Source of the DNA: an uncultured Bacilli bacterium
Lineage (GTDB): Bacteria; Bacillota_I; Bacilli_A; RF39; UBA660
Direction: 5' to 3'
Length of the DNA: 64,000 bases
Assembly: GCA_934176955.1 (NCBI GenBank)
Contig: CAKPOS010000007.1
Coordinates: 15,328-79,327 of the forward strand
The notes beneath the pieces are model-generated. The model was not told where the DNA came from and did not search any database. It saw only the letters and a program-made list of their open reading frames with translations. Shown piece after piece: positions 1 through 9,614 of this stretch (position 1 is the first letter of the stretch; each line of letters begins with the position of its first letter). A program made the translations under genes and the position numbers.

Positions 1-788
1 CCATTGTTAATAGATTGTTGAGGGTTTATGTTGCTAATAAAAGGTTTGATGATTTAGTAACGGATGAATGTGATATTGATTTATTTGATAAAAATGGAGA
101 ATTAGATGATTTTGCTGATCAAAATGGAATTCAAATTAATAAAGTTATTTTTGAAAAAATAGAGTTACCTGAAAGATTAAAAAAATTGTATAATGATGCT
201 GCTGAGGAAGAACAGAGAAAGAAAGCTCAAAGTGTTAGGTTGAAGGCTGAATTAGAAAAAGCTCGATCTGATGCTCAAATTACAGATATTCATGCGGAAG
301 CTGAATCAAAGAAAATTTCTAAATTAGGAGAAGCAAAAACAAAGTCTTTAATTTATAAATTAAATAATTTAAGAGATACATTAATTGAAAAAGGGGTTTC
401 AAATGAAGAAATTGATGAAATGATAAAGACTATTTTTATGTCTGAGAATGGAAATGCTTCATTTTTTATCGGTGGCAATGATACAGCTAAAAGTGTTGGA
501 GCTGGTGTAGCTGCTGGTAGAAATTATAGTTCTAGATTAAATCAAAATCCTGAATCTGATAGAAAAGTTAGTAATTCTGAAAGACTTTTAAATGATTTAA
601 AACTAAGAATGAGTTTGAATCGTTTTTCTAAAGAAAGTTATGATGAAGTTGAAAGTTTATTAAGAAATTCTGAGACGAAAGGACGTATTGATTCTTTAGA
701 TAGGGATGGATATAATAGTTTACTTAATCAATTAATTGAAGAGGAAAGAGGGTATACTTCTTCTTCAAGAACGGGAAATGTAAAATAA
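1..788 (+). CDS. SPFH/band-7-like protein, C-terminal part; 5' end probably outside the window
   Basis: Frame is open from base 3 to the TAA at 786-788; the TTG at 15 is only the first in-window start. VIFEKIELPERLKKLY is followed by a long charged coiled-coil (EEEQRKKAQSVRLKAELEKARSDAQ), resembling SPFH C-termini. Family call from motif memory only. Confidence 0.4.
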   Translation, partial: IVNRLLRVYVANKRFDDLVTDECDIDLFDKNGELDDFADQNGIQINKVIFEKIELPERLKKLYNDAAEEEQRKKAQSVRLKAELEKARSDAQITDIHAEAESKKISKLGEAKTKSLIYKLNNLRDTLIEKGVSNEEIDEMIKTIFMSENGNASFFIGGNDTAKSVGAGVAAGRNYSSRLNQNPESDRKVSNSERLLNDLKLRMSLNRFSKESYDEVESLLRNSETKGRIDSLDRDGYNSLLNQLIEEERGYTSSSRTGNVK

Positions 789-872
789 GAAATAATTGAA
801 TTTTTATTTCTTTTTTTTTATATCTATGTTATAATTTTTTTGAGATATTTATTTGTGAAAGGTGTTTGATTT

Positions 873-1670
873 ATGAAAAAAAGTAGATTTTCTTTTGGAA
901 TAGTTTTATTTATTTTTTCTTTTTTTCTTTTTAATCCTGATGTATATGCTGCTAAAGAATTGACTTGTGTTTATGAAAAATCTGCAACTGCAAAAAAAGT
1001 TGCATTAGTACAAGATTCATCAGGTAAAATTACCATTTATAAAAATAGTAAAGATGCTGGAATTGATGGTAAAATAGAAAATAAAGATAAATATAGTGAT
1101 TGGTCTACTTCTACTGATAAAGTAGTTTATGATGATTCTATTTCTAAAGATAAAGATGGTAATTTGAAAGAATGTCCTGCTTCTAAATCTACTGCTAGAA
1201 CAGGTAGTGGTAAGGTAACTTTTTATGGTAAAGATTCTAAAGGTTCTACTGATGGTCGTGATGAATTAGTTAGTCATTCGAATAAAGCAGAGACTTTTGA
1301 AACTAATAGAAAAGCTACTGTAAAAGCATCAGAGAAATTTACTATTGATATGAAATTCGTAAAGATTACTATTTCTAGTTGTGAGGATTTATTTAAAGGT
1401 GCTGAAGATTTATTGGATATGATTAAATCCGTTATTACTATTGTTAAGATTGCTATACCGCTTATTTTAATTGTTACTGGTACTATGGATTTTGCACAAG
1501 CTATTTTTTCATCTAACGAGGACGGAATAAAAAAAGCACAGGGTAAGTTTACTAAACGTGTAATTATGGCAGTTGTTATATTTTTGATTCCTAGTGTTTT
1601 GAAGGTATTATTATCTATTGCTCATTCAATTTGGCCTGTTGTTGATGCAACATTATGTGGAATTATATAG
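873..1670 (+). CDS. Secreted T4SS protein with C-terminal VirB2/TrbC-like two-helix module
   Basis: N-terminal signal peptide (LFIFSFFLFNPDVYA/AKE). The C-terminal ~90 aa is two hydrophobic helices around a short polar loop (IAIPLILIVTGTMDFAQAIFSSNEDGIKKAQGKFTKRVIMAVVIFLIPSVLKVLL), as in Firmicute TrbC/VirB2-like proteins. Lies directly upstream of VirB6/B3/B4-like genes. Confidence 0.5.
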   Translation: MKKSRFSFGIVLFIFSFFLFNPDVYAAKELTCVYEKSATAKKVALVQDSSGKITIYKNSKDAGIDGKIENKDKYSDWSTSTDKVVYDDSISKDKDGNLKECPASKSTARTGSGKVTFYGKDSKGSTDGRDELVSHSNKAETFETNRKATVKASEKFTIDMKFVKITISSCEDLFKGAEDLLDMIKSVITIVKIAIPLILIVTGTMDFAQAIFSSNEDGIKKAQGKFTKRVIMAVVIFLIPSVLKVLLSIAHSIWPVVDATLCGII

Positions 1671-1689
1671 ATGATTAGGAGGTGTAGTT

Positions 1690-3717
1690 TTGATGATAAA
1701 TTTTGTTTTTTTGGGTTTTTTAAAATCGTGGTTGTCTGATGGTCTTGAAAAAGTTGGTGGTGCAATAATTCAAGGAATTCGGTATCTTATGTTTGCTTTG
1801 TCTACTTTTATTTATGGGTTATTAATGGATTTATACGATATGTTTTTGGCATTGTGTAATGTTCGTTTATTGAGTAATGATATTCTTCAGGAATTGTCAA
1901 GGAGAGTTGGATATATTCTTGGGGTAGTGATGTTATTTTATGTTATTTTAGGATTTATTCAATTATTATTAAATCCAGACGCAATTAATGATGGAGAAAA
2001 AGGTGCAACAGCGATTATTAAAAAAACTATTATAGTTATCGTTATGTTAGGTTCTGCTAATTTTGCTTTTGAACTTTTGTATCAAGTTCAAGTTACTGTT
2101 GTAAAAAGTAATATTATTTCAAAATTGCTATTACCATATTCAGTTACTCCTATTGTTAATGGTCAAGATACTAGCACCAGTCAGGATTCTACTCTTATTA
2201 ATAATGAAACGTTTGGATCTTTGCTTGCTGAGGAGTTGTTTTCTTCTTTTTATTCGATTGAGGAATTTAAGGAGAGTGATATTGATAGTAATGGAGATAT
2301 ATCTAGTTATGAGGATTGTCAAACAGTTGTTAATAATTTTAGGAATCAGCTTATTAATAATCGTAGTTTTGATTTAGGATATACTTGTTTAAATTCAACT
2401 ATTGTAGTTAATTTTAAAATAGATGATAGTACTAAAAGTGATGGACAGGAAACTAATGTTGTTAAATTTAATTGGTTATTGTGTCCGCTTGTTGGTTTAG
2501 TAGCGGTATATTTAATGGTAATGTATTGCTTTAAAGTTGGAATTAGAATGGTTCAATTGATGTTTTTAGAAATTATTTCTCCGATGGCGATTGTTTCTTA
2601 TTTGGCACCTAAAAAAGATACAATGTTTAGTAAATGGAAAAATATTTATATTTCTACATATATTGATGTATTTATTCGAATAGCGATTATAAATTTTGCA
2701 TTTTTCTTAGTTGCAACTGTATTTTCTGTAACGGGGGGAGATGGGTTAGAATTTCAGGGAACAGATTTTAGTTCAAATCCATTTTTTAAAGTAATTATGA
2801 TTTTATCTATTTTAACATTTGCTAAAAAGGCTCCTGAATTGGTAGGGGAGTTATTGCCGAAGAGTGCTAGTAAGTTAGGATTTGGAGCTAGTATGAAAGA
2901 AATCTTTGGGTTAGGTGCAATTACTGGAGGTATTGCAGGACTTGGTATAGGTGCTGCTGTAGGTGTACCTAGTGCATTAGGAAAAGTTGGAAGAAGTGCT
3001 GCAGTTGGTTATACTAATTCTAGAGCAAAAGGTCGAGGGGTATTTTCATCAGGTGCAATTGGCGCAGTTAGGGGTGCTGGTAGTGCATTTATGGCTCCGT
3101 TTCGGGTTGGTTCTTCTGTTGTTTCTGGTGCTGCCCGTGGAATGCAAGCCGGGCACGGTGCAAAAGGACAAATGCTTTCTGCTGCTAGGGCAGGGCAACA
3201 AGCTGCTGCTAAAGGCAATTTAGAAAGAGCTCAGCGAGTTGCTAGTGGTTCTACTAGAAGAGAACGTGCTGGGGATGCTGTAAAAGGATTTTTTGGTATT
3301 CAGGGAGGAAATCAATCAATTAGCAATAGGTTGACTATTAGTAATAATGTTAAATCTGCAGTAGAAAATGATGCTAATGTTAAAAGGCTTGATGAATTAA
3401 AAGAGGCTTATACTCATTCTGGGCGTACTGTTACAGCAAAAGATTTAGAACAATTTGATACGGCTCGTAAAAAATTAGTAGAAGCTGTTTATAATTTAAA
3501 TACTGGTGCTAGGAGAGAAAACGATGACTTTAACTTAGATCTTCCTCCTGATGTAGGAGAGTTTAATCCTAAATTTGAAGTAGATTCTGTTATTCAAAAT
3601 GCGATAAATGATAATATGAGAGTTGCTGGTAAGAACTTAAGTACATATGATGAATTTAAGGCTGATAATAAAGAACTTAAGATTCAAAATTCTCAGACAC
3701 ATGGAGAAAAAAAATAA
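1690..3717 (+). CDS. VirB6/TrbL-like polytopic T4SS membrane protein with Gly/Ala-rich and coiled C-terminal region
   Basis: AGGAGG RBS at 1677-1682. Multiple TM helices across the first ~400 aa, then a GA-rich tract (GLGAITGGIAGLGIGAAVG...). Position between VirB2-like and PrgI/VirB4-like genes. Confidence 0.55.
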   Translation: MMINFVFLGFLKSWLSDGLEKVGGAIIQGIRYLMFALSTFIYGLLMDLYDMFLALCNVRLLSNDILQELSRRVGYILGVVMLFYVILGFIQLLLNPDAINDGEKGATAIIKKTIIVIVMLGSANFAFELLYQVQVTVVKSNIISKLLLPYSVTPIVNGQDTSTSQDSTLINNETFGSLLAEELFSSFYSIEEFKESDIDSNGDISSYEDCQTVVNNFRNQLINNRSFDLGYTCLNSTIVVNFKIDDSTKSDGQETNVVKFNWLLCPLVGLVAVYLMVMYCFKVGIRMVQLMFLEIISPMAIVSYLAPKKDTMFSKWKNIYISTYIDVFIRIAIINFAFFLVATVFSVTGGDGLEFQGTDFSSNPFFKVIMILSILTFAKKAPELVGELLPKSASKLGFGASMKEIFGLGAITGGIAGLGIGAAVGVPSALGKVGRSAAVGYTNSRAKGRGVFSSGAIGAVRGAGSAFMAPFRVGSSVVSGAARGMQAGHGAKGQMLSAARAGQQAAAKGNLERAQRVASGSTRRERAGDAVKGFFGIQGGNQSISNRLTISNNVKSAVENDANVKRLDELKEAYTHSGRTVTAKDLEQFDTARKKLVEAVYNLNTGARRENDDFNLDLPPDVGEFNPKFEVDSVIQNAINDNMRVAGKNLSTYDEFKADNKELKIQNSQTHGEKK

Positions 3718-3801
3718 TTATTAATTGCAGTTTCGTTTATTAATCAAAATTTTATATAAGTATTTTATGTTTATAAGAAAATAAGAGGAGTGTGATATAT
3801 A

Positions 3802-4134
3802 GTGAATGGTTATTTAGTACCTGCTAATGCAAAGAAAGGGACTTTAATATTTAATATCTTTAGACCCTTTGACTTGATTTTGTTTTGTACTGGGGTTGCG
3901 GTTTCTATGATTTTGTTGGCAATTCTTCCTTCTGATAATTTGGTGGCTGTTACCATTGGGTTATTACCTGGTTGTGTATGTGGTTTATTGGTTTTTCCAA
4001 TTCCTAATTATCAGAATGTGATGTGTGCTTTAATTAGTATTTATAGATTTTATACTGAAAGAAGAAAGTATGTATGGAGAGGATGGTGCTTTTATGAACA
4101 ATTCAAAGATACCAACACCAAGTCAAAAAAGTAA
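3802..4134 (+). CDS. PrgI/VirB3-like small T4SS membrane protein
   Basis: GTG start after AAGAGGAG RBS. 110 aa with two TM helices and an N-terminus (YLVPANAKKGTLIFNIFRPFDLILF) like PrgI-family proteins. Its 3' end overlaps the VirB4-like gene. Confidence 0.6.
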   Translation: MNGYLVPANAKKGTLIFNIFRPFDLILFCTGVAVSMILLAILPSDNLVAVTIGLLPGCVCGLLVFPIPNYQNVMCALISIYRFYTERRKYVWRGWCFYEQFKDTNTKSKK

Positions 4135-4660
4135 ATATACAGAAGATTGGATTCCTGTTAAGGCAATTGAGAATGGTATGATTATTTTAAATAATAAGAT
4201 GAGGGTAACTGGTGTTAAAATTAGACCAAGGAATATTTTTATTCTTGATCAAGGAACACAAGACAATGTTATTATTGGATTAAAGAATTTTTATAATACT
4301 GTTGATTTTGATTTTTGGTTGATTAGTGCAGATAGGCCAGTTGATATTTCTGGTTATCTTGCTAGATTACAACTTTTATATAATCAAACTTCTAGTCCTG
4401 TTATTCGTAAAATGATTAATCAAGATATTTTGAAGGCTAATAGTTTTATGGATAATAATGTTACTGATACAGAATATTATATTTTGTTTAAGGAAAAGAA
4501 TTTAGAGATGATTCAGAAAAGGCTTCGTACGATTATTACTGGTCTTGCTAATTGTGGTTTAGATAGTGCACAAACTTCGAATGATGATTTGCGTATGATT
4601 TTGGATAATTTCTTAAATGGTGGTATGAGAACTGATTTTGGGACGGTGGTTAGTGTATGA
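4094..4660 (+). CDS. VirB4-like conjugative ATPase, N-terminal segment (separate ORF)
   Basis: ATG at 4094 is in frame with the 4070 ORF. EDWIPVKAIENGMIILNNKMRVTGVKIRPRNIF matches the characteristic N-terminus of Gram-positive VirB4/TcpF/PrgJ-type ATPases. Ends with TGA at 4658-4660, overlapping the next ATG by 4 nt. Confidence 0.6.
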   Translation: MNNSKIPTPSQKSKYTEDWIPVKAIENGMIILNNKMRVTGVKIRPRNIFILDQGTQDNVIIGLKNFYNTVDFDFWLISADRPVDISGYLARLQLLYNQTSSPVIRKMINQDILKANSFMDNNVTDTEYYILFKEKNLEMIQKRLRTIITGLANCGLDSAQTSNDDLRMILDNFLNGGMRTDFGTVVSV

Positions 4661-6441
4661 TGTTTAAAAGTGAACTTGCTCCTAAAGGAATTGAATTCCG
4701 TTCGGCTGATTTTAGTATTAGTGATAAGTATGCTACTATTTTGACTGTAGTTTCTTATCCTAGATATATTTCACATGGTTATCTTGCTAATCTTACTAAT
4801 ATGTCTGGTGTTAAATTGATTATTAAACATATGCCTTTACCATTTTCTGTTTTATCTAAAATGTTAAATAAGGAAATTGCTGATTTGAAGGCTAAGTACC
4901 AACAAGAAAAAGATGTTACTATTCAAGAGAGAATTCGTCAAGATGTGGAAAGTTTGGAATATTATATTCAGCAATTTACAGCTAGTCAAACGAAAACTTT
5001 TGATTTTCAGATGCATTTAATGGTTACTGCTGATACTAAAGATCAATTGGATAGTAAGAAGTTAGCTTTACGTAACTATTTGGATGCTATGGAAATGAGA
5101 GCTATTCCTTTACGTTTTGAACAAGAAAGAGTTTTAAAATCAATGCTTCCTATTTTTGAAAGTCAAGAAATAGAGCAAAGAATAGGTACTCCTATGCCTT
5201 CTTCTACTATGGCTGCTATGTATCCTTTTGTTTTTGATAGTATTAAGGATGAGGGATTATCTACATTGCTTGGTGTTGATTTTTCTGGTGGTGTTGTATT
5301 ATTTAATCAATTTTTATATCAAGTTCGAAAGGAAAATAATAGAAATAATGCTAATATGATTATTTTAGGTACATCTGGTTCTGGTAAAAGTACTGCTGCT
5401 AAATTGATGCTTCGTAGTCATATTCGTAATGGATATCAGATTGTTGCTATTGATCCTGAAGGTGAAATTAGTGAGATGACGAATATGTATGGTGGACAAG
5501 TTATTGATTTAGGTAAGGGTGGAGCATATGGCTTAATTAATCCTTTAGATATTGTTGTTGATGCTGATGAAGATGATATTAGGAATGGTCTTGGATATAC
5601 AGTATTAAATAGAACTTTACAGAATTTAAAGGCTTTTATGAAATATTATTCTCCTGATATTGAAGAAGATGTTTTGAATATGTTTAGTGAAGTTGTTCAA
5701 GATACTTATGCTAGGTTTGGAATTAATTTTAATTCTGATTTTAGTCGATTTACTTCTAAGGATTTTCCTATTTTTGATGATGTTTATGCTACTGTTATTG
5801 GTAGACTTCGTTCTATGACGGAAAAGACTAGGGAAAGAGATATTATGGAGAGACTTGAGATTAAGATTCGTCCTTTTACTAGGGAATTAAAGTATTATTT
5901 TAATGGTCATACTAGTGTTGATTCTGATGGAGATTTCTTAGTCTTTAATATTAAAGAACTTATGAATAGTGATGCTAATATTAGAAATGCTTTATTATTT
6001 AATGTATTAAAGTATGCTTGGGGGTTATGTTTAAATCCTTCAGTTAATACGGTGTTGTCTGTAGATGAGGCTCATGTACTTTTAAGTGCTAAAAATACAC
6101 TTGGTGCAGAATTCTTGGCTCAAGTACAAAGACGTGCTAGAAAGTATAATACTGGTACAATTATTATTACTCAACAGCCTAGTGATTTTGTTGGTGAAGA
6201 TATTATTGTTCATGGTAAGGCTATTTTTGATAATGCTTCTTATTATTTAATTATGGGATTAAAGAAACAATCTGTTGATGATTTATCAATGTTAGTTGAT
6301 TTGAATGATAATGAACGTGAGGGAATAAAGAGATATAATCAAGGTGATGCGTTATTTGTATGTGGTAGTCGTAGAATGCAAATTAATGTTGTTGTTAGTG
6401 AAGATGAATTAGAGTCATTTGGTTCAGGTGGTGGATTCTAA
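4657..6441 (+). CDS. VirB4-like conjugative ATPase, NTPase segment
   Basis: Walker A GTSGSGKST and Walker B LSVDEAHVLL, with the IIITQQPSDF motif typical of VirB4/TraE-type T4SS ATPases. Confidence 0.85.
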   Translation: MMFKSELAPKGIEFRSADFSISDKYATILTVVSYPRYISHGYLANLTNMSGVKLIIKHMPLPFSVLSKMLNKEIADLKAKYQQEKDVTIQERIRQDVESLEYYIQQFTASQTKTFDFQMHLMVTADTKDQLDSKKLALRNYLDAMEMRAIPLRFEQERVLKSMLPIFESQEIEQRIGTPMPSSTMAAMYPFVFDSIKDEGLSTLLGVDFSGGVVLFNQFLYQVRKENNRNNANMIILGTSGSGKSTAAKLMLRSHIRNGYQIVAIDPEGEISEMTNMYGGQVIDLGKGGAYGLINPLDIVVDADEDDIRNGLGYTVLNRTLQNLKAFMKYYSPDIEEDVLNMFSEVVQDTYARFGINFNSDFSRFTSKDFPIFDDVYATVIGRLRSMTEKTRERDIMERLEIKIRPFTRELKYYFNGHTSVDSDGDFLVFNIKELMNSDANIRNALLFNVLKYAWGLCLNPSVNTVLSVDEAHVLLSAKNTLGAEFLAQVQRRARKYNTGTIIITQQPSDFVGEDIIVHGKAIFDNASYYLIMGLKKQSVDDLSMLVDLNDNEREGIKRYNQGDALFVCGSRRMQINVVVSEDELESFGSGGGF

Positions 6442-6461
6442 TATAAAGTGGTGATGTATTT

Positions 6462-8720
6462 ATGAATAATGGCAAAGGTAATGTTGTCTCTGATGTTGCA
6501 AAAGGATTTGTTAAAAAGAAAATTATATTGTTCTTGTTAGGCGGAAGTGGTGGTGCCGCCTTTTCTGCAATATTAATAGCTTTACCTCTTTTTATTGCAC
6601 TTTTAGTTGTTCTTGGTATTATTTCTGGTGGAGATTCATCGAATGGCTCTACCTGTATTAGTACTGAAACTGTTAATGAAGTTTGTAAATCAATTACAGT
6701 AAATGGCGAAACAATGTCTGTTGATGATTATGTTGCTCATGTTATTACGAATGAATTTGGTGGAGCTCCTGAAGAAACTTTAAAAGCTCAGGCTATTGCT
6801 GCTAGAAGTTATGGTGTTGCAGGTGCTAAAAAGGATAGTCAAGGAAATTGTGTTATTAGTGATACGTCAGAAGGATTTCAAACTTATGCAGCAACGGCAT
6901 CTGAAAGATCTATTCAGGCGGCAAAAGATACTAGTGGAATGGTTTTGTTGAATAAGGATGGTAATGTTGCAAGAGCTGAGTATTCTTCTAATTCTTTAAC
7001 GAAAGCTTATAGTTCTTTTGGTAATACGATTACAATGTCAGAAAGAAATTTAGAGATTCCACGAGATTGGTATTCTAAGAATAAAACTTGTAGTGATGAT
7101 TCTTTAAATAAAGCTAATAGTAATAAAGATGCTTATGGTAGGACTGTTTACGGTTGTGGTCATGGTCGTGGAATGGGGCAGATTGCTGCTAAGTATTTAG
7201 CGGAAGAAAAAAACTATACTTATAGTCAAATTATTGAATATTTTTATGGTAAAGATTCTCCTTATCAGTGGACTTTGGGTTCGTCTAATAGTTCCTCATC
7301 TAATTGTGGTAGTTCTTTAACAACTTTAGATCATTATACATTGGGACATGCTGGATTAAATGTTTTAAACAGGACTCTTTCTTCATCAGAAATTTCTGAT
7401 TTAAATAGTTATTTGGAACAAGAAATTGCTAAGGCTGGTCGTGGTAGTGGTGCTGCTGTTGCAGCAGCTGGTCAAGGGCTAGTTTATTGGTTAGAGCAAA
7501 AAAAATATTATTTACAGTATCGATGGGGAGGAGGCCATAGTGGATATGGTGATGGTAATTCTACTTTTATTGGTGCTAATCCTAATTGGGGAAGTGATAA
7601 GTATGGAGTAGATAATAATGGTGGAACTAATAGAAAGTATTTGGGAATGGATTGTTCAGGTTTTGTTTCTTGGGCAACTAGAACAGCTTGTAAGTCTTCC
7701 TTTGGGTCAGAAACTTCTGATAGTTGGGAAAGTTATGGTTCTAGCATATCTCTTTCTGAAGCTCAACCTGGTGATGTTATTGCTAGTGCATCTCATATTC
7801 AATTGATTGTAAAAAATAATGGAGATGGTTCGGTATATGTTGCTGAATCGGCTGGCGCTCCTACTGATGGTTTAGTTTTTTCTAAATTAACTTCTACTGG
7901 TTCTATGGTTGTTAGTATGCAAAAATGGTATGCTAATAATTGTGAAAATATTACTCCACCTGTTAATAATTCTGGGAGTTCTGGAAATTCCTCCTCTTCA
8001 TCATCTTCATCTGATGGTAGTTTGAAAAGTCAAATTAATAGTTATCTTTCAAGTAGTGTTGCTTCTGGTACTTGGTCTGTTTATGTTAAAAACTTAAAAA
8101 CAAATAAGGTTGTTGATATAAATGCAAGTAAGAAGATGAATTCTGCTAGTTCTATTAAACTATTTGTGTTGGCTTCTGCATATGATAAAGCAAAGAGTGG
8201 TAGTGTTTCTGAAGCAAGTTTTAAGGCAAATGCAAGAAAGATGATTGTTTATAGTGATAATTCTGCTACTAATAGTGTAATTGATACTATAGGAGGAATG
8301 AGTGTTGTTAATAGTTATGTTAGAAAAAATGGTTATTCTAGTACAACATTAAATCGTAAATTTGGTGGAAGTTATACAAGTAGTGGTGTTAATAATTATA
8401 CTAGTGCTAGAGATACTGGAGTTTTATTAGAAAAGATATATAATGGTTCATTAGTTTCTAGTAGTTATTCTAAAACGATGTTAGATTTCTTAAAAAATCA
8501 AAATACTAGAAGCAAAATACCTGCTGGAGTTTCTAGTGGTACTGTTGCTAATAAAACTGGTGAAATTCCTGATCAAGGAATAGAAAATGATTCTGCTATT
8601 GTTTATACTAGTGGAGCTGATTATGTTATTTCTGTAATGTCTAATACTTCTAATTATTCCAAAGCAATTACAGATATTGCTAAAATTTCAAATATTGTCT
8701 ATAAATATTATAATAAGTAG
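6462..8720 (+). CDS. Three-domain cell-wall hydrolase: SpoIID/LytB-like + NlpC/P60 + class-A beta-lactamase/DD-peptidase-like
   Basis: N-terminal TM. SpoIID/LytB signature YVAHVITNEFGGAPEETLKAQAIAARSY. NlpC/P60 catalytic Cys GMDCSGFVSWA with downstream His (ASHIQLIV). Poly-Ser linker. C-terminal serine-hydrolase triad of motifs SSIK, SDN and KTG. Confidence 0.75.
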   Translation: MNNGKGNVVSDVAKGFVKKKIILFLLGGSGGAAFSAILIALPLFIALLVVLGIISGGDSSNGSTCISTETVNEVCKSITVNGETMSVDDYVAHVITNEFGGAPEETLKAQAIAARSYGVAGAKKDSQGNCVISDTSEGFQTYAATASERSIQAAKDTSGMVLLNKDGNVARAEYSSNSLTKAYSSFGNTITMSERNLEIPRDWYSKNKTCSDDSLNKANSNKDAYGRTVYGCGHGRGMGQIAAKYLAEEKNYTYSQIIEYFYGKDSPYQWTLGSSNSSSSNCGSSLTTLDHYTLGHAGLNVLNRTLSSSEISDLNSYLEQEIAKAGRGSGAAVAAAGQGLVYWLEQKKYYLQYRWGGGHSGYGDGNSTFIGANPNWGSDKYGVDNNGGTNRKYLGMDCSGFVSWATRTACKSSFGSETSDSWESYGSSISLSEAQPGDVIASASHIQLIVKNNGDGSVYVAESAGAPTDGLVFSKLTSTGSMVVSMQKWYANNCENITPPVNNSGSSGNSSSSSSSSDGSLKSQINSYLSSSVASGTWSVYVKNLKTNKVVDINASKKMNSASSIKLFVLASAYDKAKSGSVSEASFKANARKMIVYSDNSATNSVIDTIGGMSVVNSYVRKNGYSSTTLNRKFGGSYTSSGVNNYTSARDTGVLLEKIYNGSLVSSSYSKTMLDFLKNQNTRSKIPAGVSSGTVANKTGEIPDQGIENDSAIVYTSGADYVISVMSNTSNYSKAITDIAKISNIVYKYYNK

Positions 8721-8728
8721 GTGAATAT

Positions 8729-9427
8729 ATGAAAAATGGTAAATTTTTGTTTCTTCTTTTGATATTAATGATTTGTTCAGGATGTTCTGTTGAATATAAT
8801 TTGAATATTGATAAGGATGATAAAATTAAAGAGATTATTACTCTTTCGGCAGAAGATGGGAATGATATTGAGCAAATAGAAAAATATCAAACTTATCTTC
8901 CTATTGATAAAGATGCAGATGATGCTGGTGTTTTTGAGAAAAAAATGGATGGTGTTTCTTACTATGATCAGAAAAAAAGTACTTCTTATGATAAGTTAAA
9001 ATTTAGTTATTTGCATAATTTTGATACTTTTCAACGAGATTATATTACAAATAGTAGCTATCAATATGTTACGATTACTAAGGATGATAATCAACTTATT
9101 CTTTCTACTAGTAGGGTTAGTTCAGTATTTGAACGTTATGATAATTTAAGTTCTGTTACGATTAATATTACTTCTAGGTATAAATTAGTTGATACAAATG
9201 CAGATACACATAGTAAATATAAATATACTTGGGTTATTGACAGAGAAAATTATAATAATAAATATTTATATTTAGCATTGGATACTTCTAATCGAAAGAA
9301 AACAGCATCAGAGGAAATTAATGATATGGGTATATTTTCCTATTTGCCACTTATTTTAATTATTGTTGGTATTATTGTTATTGGTTGGTTAGTTGTTAAG
9401 AATGGAAATAAGAGGAATCAAGTTTAG
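8729..9427 (+). CDS. Probable lipoprotein with C-terminal TM anchor (T4SS accessory)
   Basis: Signal peptide ending in a Cys-containing lipobox-like LMICSGC. C-terminal hydrophobic helix LPLILIIVGIIVIGWLVV. Last gene of the co-directional T4SS block. Confidence 0.5.
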   Translation: MKNGKFLFLLLILMICSGCSVEYNLNIDKDDKIKEIITLSAEDGNDIEQIEKYQTYLPIDKDADDAGVFEKKMDGVSYYDQKKSTSYDKLKFSYLHNFDTFQRDYITNSSYQYVTITKDDNQLILSTSRVSSVFERYDNLSSVTINITSRYKLVDTNADTHSKYKYTWVIDRENYNNKYLYLALDTSNRKKTASEEINDMGIFSYLPLILIIVGIIVIGWLVVKNGNKRNQV

Positions 9428-9514
9428 ATTCTTCTTTTTCTTTTGGGGGATAATATTCACATTTTTAAGGAATTTCCATAAAATAATCATGAAAGAAGAA
9501 AAGGGGGGATATCA

Positions 9515-9595
9515 ATGAATGGTTATGGATCTTCGGCTGCTATCGTATTGGTATTATTTATTTTACTGATTATCATACTAGGAGCATGGATTTAG
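9515..9595 (+). CDS. YjcZ-like small hydrophobic peptide (26 aa), not in the ORF track
   Basis: ATG at 9515 is preceded by AAGGGGGGA. Translation MNGYGSSAAIVLVLFILLIIILGAWI ends at TAG 9593-9595. A Gly/Tyr-rich head plus the (I)VLVLFILLIIxG core matches the YjcZ sporulation-peptide family as I remember it. Confidence 0.6.
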   Translation: MNGYGSSAAIVLVLFILLIIILGAWI

Positions 9596-9614
9596 GAAAG
9601 GGGAGGTGAAGATT

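Larger units (their letters stand above)
1..9427 (+). mobile_element. Partial Gram-positive conjugative element: type IV secretion (mating-pore) module; left end off-window, right boundary uncertain
   Basis: Co-directional, tightly packed VirB2-like, VirB6-like, PrgI/VirB3-like, VirB4-like, peptidoglycan hydrolase and lipoprotein genes. No coupling protein, relaxase or integrase lies inside the window. Confidence 0.6.

Noticed and set aside
788-835. Terminator (AGAAATAA/TTATTTCT + T-run) and TGtTATAAT promoter between the first two genes
   Set aside because: The stem is almost entirely A-T and the -35 is poor. It is plausible but too weak to list as a feature.
2140-3223. Short ORFs nested in or antisense to the VirB6-like gene (2140-2322, 2153-2377, 2987-3223, 3009-3218)
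   Set aside because: They are fully contained in a longer ORF with coherent TM/GA-rich architecture and lack RBSs. The GA-rich stretch naturally stays open in other frames.
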